A stretch of DNA of 64,000 bases from an uncultured Clostridia bacterium (GCA_934754355.1 CAKVID010000001.1:82269-146268), one strand, 5' to 3'; numbered from the stretch's first letter, positions 32,007-41,336 are shown. The notes: generated by a model from the letters alone, not told the origin. Translations and numbers: made by a program.

Positions 32007-32474
32007 ATGGCAATTAGAAATATTATTCAAGTAGGAAATGAAATACTAAGAAAGAAAAGTAAAGAAGTAAAAGAATATGATGAAAAATTATGGGAACTTC
32101 TTGATGATATGCGTGAGACAATGGTCAAAAGCGATGGTTGTGGACTAGCAGGCGTTCAAGTAGGTGTACTTAGAAGAGTAGTTGTATTAGATGTAAATCA
32201 TATGAAATTTGAATTGATTAATCCTGTGATAATTGATGCAAGAGGCGAACAAATAGAGAAAGAAGGTTGTCTATCCGTTAAGGGAGAGAGTGGATATGTC
32301 AAGAGGCCTACTGAGGTAACTGTCAAAGCAAACGATAGATATGGTAATGAATTTATAATAACTGGAGTGGACTTGCTCGCAAGAGCATTATGTCATGAAA
32401 TAGACCATTTAGACGGAATTCTATATATTGACAAAGTTATTAAAGATTACAAAGAAAGGAAGGGGAATAAATGA
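32007..32474 (+). CDS. def: Peptide deformylase
   Basis: Motifs GCGLAGVQVG, EGCLS and HEIDHLDG. Confidence 0.95.
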   Translation: MAIRNIIQVGNEILRKKSKEVKEYDEKLWELLDDMRETMVKSDGCGLAGVQVGVLRRVVVLDVNHMKFELINPVIIDARGEQIEKEGCLSVKGESGYVKRPTEVTVKANDRYGNEFIITGVDLLARALCHEIDHLDGILYIDKVIKDYKERKGNK

Positions 32475-33403
32475 AAGTAATATTTTTTGGAACACCCGAA
32501 TATGCAGTGCCAGCATTAGATGCTATTATTCACAGTCATCACGAGGTTGTGGCAGTAGTATCTCAGCCCGACAAACCAAAGGGTAGAAGTAATAAACCAG
32601 TATTTACACCTGTTAAAGAATTGGCTGTTAAACATAATATTCCAGTTTTCCAATTTGAGAAGATAAGAAAAGACGATGTTAGTGAACTTATTAATATTAA
32701 TGCAGATATAATTGTTACTTGTGCTTATGGTCAAATTATTGGAGCAAATATACTTTTTGCCAAGAAATTTGGAGTTATTAATCTTCATGGAAGTTTGCTT
32801 CCAAAATATAGAGGCTCTAGTCCAATACAATGGTCTTTGATTAATGGAGACAGTTCTACTGGTGTAACTGTATTGAAATCTGATATTGGAATGGACGATG
32901 GCGAAGTGCTAATGTCTAGAGAAATTGCAATAGAAGAAGATGATAATGCTATAACTCTATTTGATAAATTATCCAAACTTAGCGCTGAAATTGTGTTAGA
33001 TGCATTAGATAGTCTAGAGAGTGGAAATTACAACTATACTAAGCAAGATGATAGTATTGCTACTAATTGCAAAATGCTATCCCCTCAAATGAGCAAAATT
33101 GACTTCAATCAATCGGCAAAAGCAGTAGTAGGACTTATCAAAGGTTTGGCGATGTGGCCAAATGCTTGTATTACAATTGATGGCGTTTATTTCAAATTAT
33201 TTAATGCTAAATTAAGTACATTAGATAGTGATAATGCCAAAGCGGGAGAAGTCTTGGTGGCAAATAATAAGCAAGGGCTTATTATAAAATGTGGTATTGG
33301 TGCGGTAGAAATTACTGAACTTTTGCCCATTAATAGCAAGAAAATGACAGCAAAAAGTTATTTGAATGGCAAAAAAATAAACATTGGAAGTATTGCAGAG
33401 TGA
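32471..33403 (+). CDS. fmt: Methionyl-tRNA formyltransferase
   Basis: 310 aa with NLHGSLLPKYRGSSPIQ and a position after def. Confidence 0.93.
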   Translation: MKVIFFGTPEYAVPALDAIIHSHHEVVAVVSQPDKPKGRSNKPVFTPVKELAVKHNIPVFQFEKIRKDDVSELININADIIVTCAYGQIIGANILFAKKFGVINLHGSLLPKYRGSSPIQWSLINGDSSTGVTVLKSDIGMDDGEVLMSREIAIEEDDNAITLFDKLSKLSAEIVLDALDSLESGNYNYTKQDDSIATNCKMLSPQMSKIDFNQSAKAVVGLIKGLAMWPNACITIDGVYFKLFNAKLSTLDSDNAKAGEVLVANNKQGLIIKCGIGAVEITELLPINSKKMTAKSYLNGKKINIGSIAE

Positions 33404-34683
33404 ATAAAGAATTAAATGGTGCTTATCATATATTAAAGAAAGTATGTATAGACAAATCTTATGTGAGCATTGAACTTAATAAATATTTGAAGGGTACTCA
33501 CGATATTAATACATCACTAATTACTAAAATAGTTTATGGTGTACTAGAGAAAGACATAACTCTTGAGTATTTTATACAAATGCATACTAAAAAATTGCCC
33601 AAGCCAAATATTTTGTTACTTCTCAAAATTGTGGCGTATGCTAGCAAAACTATTAGTAGTATTCCATCTTTTGCATTAGTAAATGAAATTGTAGAAATGG
33701 CAAAAAAAGAAGATAAATATAGTGCTGGTTTTGTAAATGCAGTAAGCAAAAAATTAATTGCTAGCGATATTGTATTGCCTAGCAAAAAGGACTATGTCAA
33801 ATATTTAAGTGTTAAATATTCATATCCGGAGTGGGTTATTAGAGAATTGCAGAAATCCAAAGATAATACTTTTATAGAAGATTTACTCTCTACTAATCTT
33901 AATACCCTTACTCATATTAGAGTAAATGAGAGTAAAATATCTGCAGATGATTTCAAAGCAAAACTTGATAAATTAGAAATTAAATATGAACAAAGTCTAT
34001 ATAACTATACAATGTATGTAGACTATGCCAAATTACTAAAAGAAAAAGAACTGAAGGATTTATATGTTGTGCAAGGATTGCCAAGCATAATTACTTGTAA
34101 TGTATTATGTGCAGACAAAGGTAAAGTCTTAGATGTCTGTGCAGCTCCCGGCGGTAAATCTGTATACTTGGCACAAAATAGTAATTTAGATGTGTTCTCT
34201 TGTGATATATACGCACATAGATTAGATTTAGTTAAAAAATACGCAAGAAATTATGATATACATAATATTCATTTTTGCTTGCAAGATGGAACTATTATTA
34301 ATGATAATTGGATAGACAAATTCGATTATGTCCTATGTGATGTGCCTTGTAGTAATCTAGGAGTTTCACGCAAAAAGCCAGATGTATTCCTAAATAAATC
34401 TCTAAATGATGCCAAAATGCTTGCTGGCATACAATACAAAATATTGGAGACTAGTGCCAATTATGTTAAGAAAGGCGGAATTTTGCAATATTCAACTTGT
34501 ACAATAATCGACTTGGAAAATAAAAATGTAATAGAAAAATTTTTAAAAAATCACAAAGACTTTGAATTGACAGAGATAAAAGTAGAAGGTATTAATATTT
34601 ATAATGATAATAACCTATATACATTCTATCCTAATTTAACTGGAACTGAAGGATTTTTTATAGCGAGGTTAAGAAGAAAATGA
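33400..34683 (+). CDS. rsmB: 16S rRNA (cytosine967-C5)-methyltransferase RsmB
   Basis: NusB-like N-terminus plus MTase motifs (DVCAAPGGKS, CDVPCS, YSTCT). GTG start overlaps the fmt stop (GTGA). Confidence 0.88.
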   Translation: MNKELNGAYHILKKVCIDKSYVSIELNKYLKGTHDINTSLITKIVYGVLEKDITLEYFIQMHTKKLPKPNILLLLKIVAYASKTISSIPSFALVNEIVEMAKKEDKYSAGFVNAVSKKLIASDIVLPSKKDYVKYLSVKYSYPEWVIRELQKSKDNTFIEDLLSTNLNTLTHIRVNESKISADDFKAKLDKLEIKYEQSLYNYTMYVDYAKLLKEKELKDLYVVQGLPSIITCNVLCADKGKVLDVCAAPGGKSVYLAQNSNLDVFSCDIYAHRLDLVKKYARNYDIHNIHFCLQDGTIINDNWIDKFDYVLCDVPCSNLGVSRKKPDVFLNKSLNDAKMLAGIQYKILETSANYVKKGGILQYSTCTIIDLENKNVIEKFLKNHKDFELTEIKVEGINIYNDNNLYTFYPNLTGTEGFFIARLRRK

Positions 34684-35894
34684 ATATATTATTAGATTAT
34701 GATAAACAAGAATTGTATAATGTGCTAGGCTCTTTTGATATGCCTAAATATAGAGTAGATCAACTTGTCAATGCACTTTATAATGGCAAAGATTATGAAG
34801 ATAATATCAATTTGCCTAAAGATTTCTTGAATAAATTGCAGTCACTTGATTATATAATGCAACCTATTAAGATAAGGAAAGCAATACCTAGCGGAAATAA
34901 AGATAAGACAATTAAATTCTTATATGATTTGAATGATGGTAATATTATAGAGGGCGTCCTTATGTCCTATGCTTTTGGCAATACTCTATGTATTAGTACT
35001 CAAGTAGGCTGTAAGATGAACTGTGCATTCTGTGCAAGTGGACTTAATGGATTTGTAAGAAATCTATCTTGTGGCGAAATTTTAGGTCAAATTGTGGCAG
35101 TTAATAAATATTTGGGCGGAAATTTGAAATCAAGAAAAATTACTAACATTGTTCTTATGGGAAGTGGTGAGCCTCTAGATAATTTTGATAATGTCAAGAA
35201 ATTTCTTAAGATTGTAACAAGTAGTGAGTGCTTTGATATAAGTGTTAGAAATATCTCTGTATCTACTTGTGGAATTCCTAGCAAAATAGAAGAGTTAGCC
35301 GATTTGGGATTTGCTGTAACTTTGTGTTTCTCTCTTCATGCTTCTAATGATGCTACAAGAAGAGAAATAATGCCTATTGCTAGAAGATACTCTATTGCAG
35401 AGGTTATTGAGGCATTGAAGTACTATCACACTGTTACTAATAGAAGAATTATAATTGAATACACTTTAATTGAAGGTGTTAATAATTCAATGTCAAATGC
35501 CAAAGAATTATCTATTCTTCTTAAAAATCTACCTTGTCATGTGAATTTGATTAAATTAAATGAAGTTGATGGTAGAAATTTGAAAAGCCCATCAGTTGAT
35601 AGTTGCAAGAAATTTCTAGATAATCTTAATAGGTTTGGTGTAAGTGCCACAATGAGAAGAAGTCTAGGAGATGATATAGAAGGGGCTTGCGGGCAACTTA
35701 GAAATAAAGAATTGAAGGGTGGAGAGGTAGTAATCAAAGAGAGAAATATTGAGAGAAAGCCTACTCCTAATAAAAATACTTTGTCAAAAGTAAAAGACCC
35801 AACTAAATTATTAAATAAGAAAAACATTAATAAAAATATTAAAGATAAAAATACAAATAGAAATAACTTAAAAACTAAGAGAAATTATAAATAA
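34680..35894 (+). CDS. rlmN: 23S rRNA/tRNA (adenine-C2)-methyltransferase RlmN with Lys/Asn-rich C-terminal tail
   Basis: Radical SAM motif CKMNCAFCASG, GSGEPL and GACGQL, plus a basic tail of about 55 aa. Confidence 0.9.
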   Translation: MNILLDYDKQELYNVLGSFDMPKYRVDQLVNALYNGKDYEDNINLPKDFLNKLQSLDYIMQPIKIRKAIPSGNKDKTIKFLYDLNDGNIIEGVLMSYAFGNTLCISTQVGCKMNCAFCASGLNGFVRNLSCGEILGQIVAVNKYLGGNLKSRKITNIVLMGSGEPLDNFDNVKKFLKIVTSSECFDISVRNISVSTCGIPSKIEELADLGFAVTLCFSLHASNDATRREIMPIARRYSIAEVIEALKYYHTVTNRRIIIEYTLIEGVNNSMSNAKELSILLKNLPCHVNLIKLNEVDGRNLKSPSVDSCKKFLDNLNRFGVSATMRRSLGDDIEGACGQLRNKELKGGEVVIKERNIERKPTPNKNTLSKVKDPTKLLNKKNINKNIKDKNTNRNNLKTKRNYK

Positions 35895-35916
35895 CAATAT
35901 TTTAAGGAGAAAGCTT

Positions 35917-36780
35917 ATTAATAAGGTTGTTAAAATAATTGGCGATATTTTCTCAGTATACTCAAATGGTCAAATTGTAGAATGTAGTTGCTTGAAGACT
36001 ATTAAGAAAGATAATCTTGTTGTAGGCGATTATGTTGAGATTAGAGAAAATGAGTATAATATTGGAAAATATATAATAAGTAAAGTTTTGCCAAGAAAAA
36101 ATAGTATTCCAAGACCCAGACTTGCTAATTTGGATAAATTACTTATATTAGTTGCCCCTGAGCCTAAACCAGATTTTCTGCTATTAGATAAATTAATTAT
36201 TTATTGTACTATTAATAATATAGAACCAATTATAATAATTAATAAATGTGATATAGCTAGTGATGATTTTACAAAATCAGTCCATGCTCAGTATTCGGGT
36301 AAGAAAATCTATGTAATTAGTGCCAAGAATGGAACGGGTATGGATAAAGTAAAAGAGGAATTACGAGATACTTTCTCGGCTGTTTGTGGTCAATCGGCTG
36401 TTGGAAAGTCATCGTTTATTAATGCAATTATTCCAGAATTATCTCTTGAAACTCAAGGTTTAAGTGAGAAAATTCAAAGAGGAAAACATACTACTCGTGT
36501 AAATCAAGTATTTATTTCTAGTAATTTTATGATAGCCGATACTCCGGGGTTTAGTAGTTTGGAACTAAATATTGATTATAGAGACTTATCTGAGTATTAT
36601 AATGAATTTGATGAATATAAATGTAATTGTAAATATTTAGATTGTTCACATATCAAAGAAGGTAGAGATTGCGGGGTGCGTGTAGCCGTTAGTGATGGTA
36701 AAATTAATAAAGATAGATATGCTAGATATGTTGACTTATATGGAAAATTGAAAGAAAATTGGGAGAAAAAATATGATTAA
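35917..36780 (+). CDS. rsgA: Ribosome small-subunit biogenesis GTPase RsgA (CpgA/YloQ), probable ATT start
   Basis: Motifs NKCD, GQSAVGKSS, DTPGF and a zinc knuckle CNCKYLDCSH. The 25 codons upstream of the track start encode the conserved OB-fold N-terminus (NKVVKIIGDIFSVYSNGQIVECSC). That stretch has no ATG/GTG/TTG back to the in-frame stop at 35869. ATT 35917 lies 6 nt after AAGGAGA. Confidence 0.8.
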   Translation: MNKVVKIIGDIFSVYSNGQIVECSCLKTIKKDNLVVGDYVEIRENEYNIGKYIISKVLPRKNSIPRPRLANLDKLLILVAPEPKPDFLLLDKLIIYCTINNIEPIIIINKCDIASDDFTKSVHAQYSGKKIYVISAKNGTGMDKVKEELRDTFSAVCGQSAVGKSSFINAIIPELSLETQGLSEKIQRGKHTTRVNQVFISSNFMIADTPGFSSLELNIDYRDLSEYYNEFDEYKCNCKYLDCSHIKEGRDCGVRVAVSDGKINKDRYARYVDLYGKLKENWEKKYD

Positions 36781-37438
36781 AGTGTGTCCTAGTTCTAATC
36801 CATGTCCAGAGAAAAACTTAATTGAATACATAAAAACTTTGGAAGATTATGGAATTGAGTATTTGCATTGTGATGTAATGGACGGAAAATTTGTAGAGAA
36901 TACTTGTTTGGATTATAATACTCTAGAGAATGCAAGAAATAACACGAATATCCTACTAGATATTCATTTGATGGTAGAAGATGTGTATGCAAATGTTGTT
37001 AAATTTTCTAAATTAAAGCCAAGTATTATAACTATTCATTACGAAGCACTAAAAAGTACTAGTGAATTTGATAAAGTCAGAAATTATCTAAAAAATCAAC
37101 AAATATTAATGGGCTTGGCAATCAAACCTAATACCCCAGTGGAAATAGTATCTAGACTTATAAGCAAAGTAGATTTGGTGCTAATTATGACTGTTGAACC
37201 GGGTAAGAGTGGACAGAAACTTATGGCTGACACTTTGACCAAAGTACAATTAGTTAGAGAATTAACCAAAGAGAACGGAACTATAATAGAAGTTGATGGT
37301 GGCATTAATGAAGAAAATTATAGTCAAGTTATTAAATGTGGCGGGCAATTCTTGGTTATGGGTTCGGCATTTTATAAAAGCACTGATAGACAAAGTTTGC
37401 TTCATTCTATAGATAAGCACTACAAAAATAAGAAGTAA
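36773..37438 (+). CDS. rpe: Ribulose-phosphate 3-epimerase
   Basis: 221 aa with HCDVMDGKFV, DIHLMV, MTVEPG and VDGGIN. Confidence 0.9.
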   Translation: MIKVCPSSNPCPEKNLIEYIKTLEDYGIEYLHCDVMDGKFVENTCLDYNTLENARNNTNILLDIHLMVEDVYANVVKFSKLKPSIITIHYEALKSTSEFDKVRNYLKNQQILMGLAIKPNTPVEIVSRLISKVDLVLIMTVEPGKSGQKLMADTLTKVQLVRELTKENGTIIEVDGGINEENYSQVIKCGGQFLVMGSAFYKSTDRQSLLHSIDKHYKNKK

Positions 37439-37496
37439 CTAAAGTCAAATGCCTTGCATATAGATATATTAGATAATTATATTCAAGGGGAAGATT

Positions 37497-37577
37497 ATGA
37501 AAATATATTGTTTTAAATTACCAAAATTTTTGAAGCCACTTTTTAAATTAATTTTCAAGAAGCAATATTCAGAGTAA
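37497..37577 (+). CDS. spoVM: Stage V sporulation protein M (26-aa amphipathic peptide)
   Basis: It is below the ORF-track length cutoff. MKIYCFKLPKFLKPLFKLIFKKQYSE compares with B. subtilis SpoVM MKFYTIKLPKFLGGIVRAMLGSFRKD: same length and a shared MK-Y--KLPKFL core. It has an upstream RBS (AAGGGGAAG) and sits between rpe and the divergent rpmB, as in B. subtilis. Confidence 0.8.
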   Translation: MKIYCFKLPKFLKPLFKLIFKKQYSE

Positions 37578-37826
37578 ATGAAAATAATTATAACAGTTAA
37601 TTTTGCAAATGATAAATTTAATAATGATTTTAATCTTTCTAATGCTTTATTAAATAAGCATACTGTTTTGATGGTTAACAGTAATGATCAATTGATAGAA
37701 GCCAAAAAGCACTATGATTTGGTGATTATTGGACAATCATCTCAAGATATAGATAGGGGTACTTTGAAAGATATTAAGAGCCTAGACGCAAACAAAGATA
37801 AAGATAAAATTAATAATTTACTATAA
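37578..37826 (+). CDS. 82-aa ORF, possibly a truncated and degenerate relic of thiamine pyrophosphokinase (thiN/yloS)
   Basis: It occupies the thiN slot of the B. subtilis rpe-thiN-spoVM-rpmB region. HTVLMVNSNDQLIEAKKHYDLVIIGQSSQDI loosely parallels HTLWIGVDKGTVTLLDAGIIPVEAFGDFDSI. The GDFDS motif and the C-terminal two-thirds of the protein are missing. Confidence 0.3.
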   Translation: MKIIITVNFANDKFNNDFNLSNALLNKHTVLMVNSNDQLIEAKKHYDLVIIGQSSQDIDRGTLKDIKSLDANKDKDKINNLL

Positions 37827-37866
37827 AAAACGATGTACTAAAGATTATTAGTACATCGTTATTTTT
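37825..37866. terminator. Bidirectional terminator between the 82-aa ORF and rpmB
   Basis: 12-bp stem aacgatgtacta / tagtacatcgtt flanked by an A-run and a T-run. Confidence 0.8.
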
Positions 37867-37877
37867 AATATCTAAAA

Positions 37878-38066
37878 TTACTTTTCTTCGTTTTTAAGAG
37901 TTTTTAGACATCTAGTGCAGATATATTCGTTTTGAATTTTTCCATCAACTTCGATAGATTTCTTTTGAAGATTTGCACCCCAAGTTCTCTTAGTAGCGAT
38001 ATGAGAGTGACTTACTTGGTTTCCAGCCACTTTTTTCTTACTACATATAAAACATTCTTTTGCCAT
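37878..38066 (-). CDS. rpmB: 50S ribosomal protein L28
   Basis: MAKECFICSKKKVAGNQVSHSHIATKRTWGANLQK. Start set at the ATG (38066) after GGGGGTG rather than the upstream GTG of the track ORF. Confidence 0.9.
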   Translation of the reverse strand: MAKECFICSKKKVAGNQVSHSHIATKRTWGANLQKKSIEVDGKIQNEYICTRCLKTLKNEEK

Positions 38067-38396
38067 TGTAAAATTCACCCCCAAGGTAATTTTTTGTTTC
38101 GTTTGTAATAAACTAAATATGGAACGACATTATTCCAATTTTGATTTTAACATGTAGATTATAGCAAATTAATTTACATATGGCAAGACTTTTTTGAAAG
38201 TTTCTATAGTTCTAGTTATTATTTTAGATATAATTAGATATATTGATTTAAGTATTTCTTCAAAATCTCTTGCCAAATGAGATAAAGTATTGTAAAATGA
38301 ATGATGTAGAAATTTGTTTTCAATTTCTATTTAATTAATAAAAATTTGATAGCAATCATATTTGCAGTTCAGATTTTTGGGTAAAAGGAGATAACT

Positions 38397-38729
38397 ATGG
38401 CTGTAAAAACAAGCAATGCTTATGGTAATATTACAATTGATGATGAAGCAATAGCATGCGCAACAGGGCATATTGCTAGGGATTGCTACGGCGTAGTAGA
38501 CCTTGTAGGACAAGGCTCTGTTAAATCCAAAAATCAATTAACCAAGGGTATTAAAATAATAACCGTAGGCAATAGAATTTATATTGATTTATTCGCTATA
38601 TTGAAATATGGCGTATCTATTGGAACTGTTACTGATAATTTGAAATCTACAGTTAAATATGGTGTAGAGCAATTTACAGGTATGATTGTTGATAGTGTAA
38701 ATATAAATGTAGTAGGAGTTAGAGTTTAA
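38397..38729 (+). CDS. Asp23/Gls24 family envelope stress protein (YloU-like)
   Basis: 110 aa starting with GNITIDDEAIACATGHIARDCYGVV. It precedes a DAK2-domain gene, as yloU-yloV do. Confidence 0.8.
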   Translation: MAVKTSNAYGNITIDDEAIACATGHIARDCYGVVDLVGQGSVKSKNQLTKGIKIITVGNRIYIDLFAILKYGVSIGTVTDNLKSTVKYGVEQFTGMIVDSVNINVVGVRV

Positions 38730-38763
38730 TTCAATTCTAATTCATTAAAGGGATATATAAATT

Positions 38764-40410
38764 ATGCAAAAAACAATAAACAGTACAATGTTTCGCAAGA
38801 TGATAATTGCAAGTGCGAAAATTCTTGATGATAACAAAAGTTTTGTAGACTCACTTAATGTTTTTCCAGTGCCAGATGGTGATACTGGTACTAATATGAG
38901 CCTTACTTATAATAATGTAGTTAAAGAACTTAATAATTGTTTGGAGAATGACTTTGCGTCTATTTCTAGAGCAGTTGTAACAGGTGCTTTGAGAGGTGCT
39001 AGAGGTAATAGTGGTGTTATACTTTCTCAAATACTTAAAGGTATATGCAATGTTGTAGGAACTTGCGAGAAAGAATTAACAACCAAGATTTTTGCCAAAG
39101 CCTTAGCAGAAGGCTCTACTATTGCATACAAAGCAGTCGCTGCACCTAAAGAAGGTACTATTCTAACAGTTATTAGAATTATAGCAGAGTCCGCACAAAG
39201 AAATTGCAAGAAGTATTCTGACTTTGAACCATTTTTTGAAGCAATACTAAATGATGGGGAAGCAATTTTGCAACAAACTCCAGAGATGCTTCCTGTACTC
39301 AAGAAAGCAGGTGTTGTAGATGCTGGTGGTAGAGGACTTATTATAATCTTCAAGGGAATGCAGAAGATTATTCTAGGCGAAGAAGATTTTGATATCAATA
39401 TTGAGCAACTAATTAGTACTCAAGCGATGAACAATAACGATTTTTATGTAAACCTAGATAATCTAGCAGACATTGAATTTGCTTATTGTACAGAGTTTAT
39501 GATTACTCATATGAAGAAGAAGACTACTGAAAGCGATATCGAGAAATTTAGAGAAAATCTATCTAATATTGGCGATAGCGTAGTTTGCTTTGGAGATTTA
39601 GAATTAGTTAAAGTGCATGTACATACTAATCAACCTAATTTGGCTTTGGGTTCTGCATTGGAACTTGGAGAAATTATCAATATTAAGATTGAAAACATGG
39701 TTGAGCAGAATAGAGAATTGAAGAGAGCACAAACACAAAGACAACAGAATTTGAAAGAAATTGGAATTGTTGCTGTAGCACCGGGACAAGGTATTGCAAA
39801 TGTATTTGCTGATTTATTGGTAGATGATATGATAGAAGGTGGACAAACAATGAACCCTTCTGCCGAAGACATTGCCAAAGCAGTTGATAGAATTCCAGCC
39901 AAAAATGTGGTTGTACTTCCTAATAATAAGAATATTATTCTTGCGGCAGAACAAGCCAAGACACTTACAAAGAAAATATTGCATGTAATTCCAACAAAGT
40001 CTATTCCAGAAGGTGTTGCATCAGTACTTGCATTTAATCCAGATGCTAGTGTAGAAGAGAATATTGAAGCAATGACTAATGCTAAAGACTCTGTAACTAG
40101 CGCACAAGTAACTTATGCTGTAAGAACTACACATGTTAATGGCTTTGATTTGCAGACAGGAGATATTATCGGTCTAGATAATAAAGGCATTATTGCTAAG
40201 GGTAGTTTGGTTAAAGATACAACTATACAATTAATAGACAAATTAGTTAGTCCAGATAGTGTTAATATTACATTATTCTACGGCAAAGATGTGGCAGAAG
40301 ACGATGCCAATGCACTTGCCGAAGAATTAGAGAAGAGATATCCTGATTGTGATGTTAATATGATTTCTGGCGAACAACCAGTTTATTATTATATAATATC
40401 AATTGAATAA
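38764..40410 (+). CDS. DAK2 domain fusion protein YloV
   Basis: 548 aa with a Dak2 N-domain (VFPVPDGDTGTNM ... GARGNSGVILSQ) and a YloV-type C-domain. Confidence 0.85.
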   Translation: MQKTINSTMFRKMIIASAKILDDNKSFVDSLNVFPVPDGDTGTNMSLTYNNVVKELNNCLENDFASISRAVVTGALRGARGNSGVILSQILKGICNVVGTCEKELTTKIFAKALAEGSTIAYKAVAAPKEGTILTVIRIIAESAQRNCKKYSDFEPFFEAILNDGEAILQQTPEMLPVLKKAGVVDAGGRGLIIIFKGMQKIILGEEDFDINIEQLISTQAMNNNDFYVNLDNLADIEFAYCTEFMITHMKKKTTESDIEKFRENLSNIGDSVVCFGDLELVKVHVHTNQPNLALGSALELGEIINIKIENMVEQNRELKRAQTQRQQNLKEIGIVAVAPGQGIANVFADLLVDDMIEGGQTMNPSAEDIAKAVDRIPAKNVVVLPNNKNIILAAEQAKTLTKKILHVIPTKSIPEGVASVLAFNPDASVEENIEAMTNAKDSVTSAQVTYAVRTTHVNGFDLQTGDIIGLDNKGIIAKGSLVKDTTIQLIDKLVSPDSVNITLFYGKDVAEDDANALAEELEKRYPDCDVNMISGEQPVYYYIISIE

Positions 40411-40534
40411 ATGAAGAAAGTACCTATTTTTTGGTACTTTTTTTGTTTTATCTGTTATAAATGTAATTTTAATATTGACAAAAGTTTGTTTTTTAAATAA
40501 AATATAAGCGAAAATTATAATAGGAGAGTTTTCT

Positions 40535-41188
40535 ATGAATAGGTCAAGATTATTATTTCTACTTAGTTTATTAAACTTGGTTGCTGTCTTTGTGTGTATA
40601 TATTTCTTGCCACAAGCAGTTGTTTTCAAATTTAATTCTGATTTCATTGTAGACGAATTAGTAAGTAAATGGTGCAATATAATCCTACCTCTAATACAAG
40701 TAATATCTTGTATTATATTAGTTGTAATAGATATCAAAACATCTACTATTCCGCATTTCTATAGATACATTGTAATGTATATTGCCATTGCTATTGCCAT
40801 GTTTTATACATGGATAATGATAGTAATTCAATTTGGCGGGTATCATATTGGGGATAGAGTTAGCCTTCCATTGAGTTCTCTAATTCTTATATCAATTGGT
40901 TTATTTATGCCCGCATATAGTTATTATCAGAAAGGCAAAAGAGTAGGAACATTCTCAATATTTGGATATGGTTGGGTTAGAAAAAGTCCTATTGTTTGGA
41001 GAAAAACTCACTTTGCAGCAAGTGTAAATGGTGCATTTTGTGGACTTTTAATAATGGCTTGTGGAATTGTGAATGATATAGTATTCAAGAGTAATTGGGC
41101 ATATCTTGTTGCTTTTGGATTTTGGTTCATAATATACTATATGAGTACTTTCTTTCATTCAATTAGAGTTTACAAACACTATTATTAA
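40535..41188 (+). CDS. DUF1648/SdpI-like membrane protein
   Basis: 217 aa and multi-pass. The N-terminal LPQAVVFKFNSDFIVDELVSKW and the GYGWVRKSPIVWRKTH segment resemble SdpI-family motifs. RBS is TAGGAGAG. Confidence 0.45.
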   Translation: MNRSRLLFLLSLLNLVAVFVCIYFLPQAVVFKFNSDFIVDELVSKWCNIILPLIQVISCIILVVIDIKTSTIPHFYRYIVMYIAIAIAMFYTWIMIVIQFGGYHIGDRVSLPLSSLILISIGLFMPAYSYYQKGKRVGTFSIFGYGWVRKSPIVWRKTHFAASVNGAFCGLLIMACGIVNDIVFKSNWAYLVAFGFWFIIYYMSTFFHSIRVYKHYY

Positions 41189-41336
41189 TTTTTAGTAATT
41201 AAATTTAATTAAAACCGCTATGAATAGTGGTTTTTTATTTTTACATAATTTGGATATGTAAAATTATCATATTTTGTCGAAAATTATACCAAAATATAAG
41301 TAACAAAGCAATGCTTTGTAATATAGGAGGTGGATT

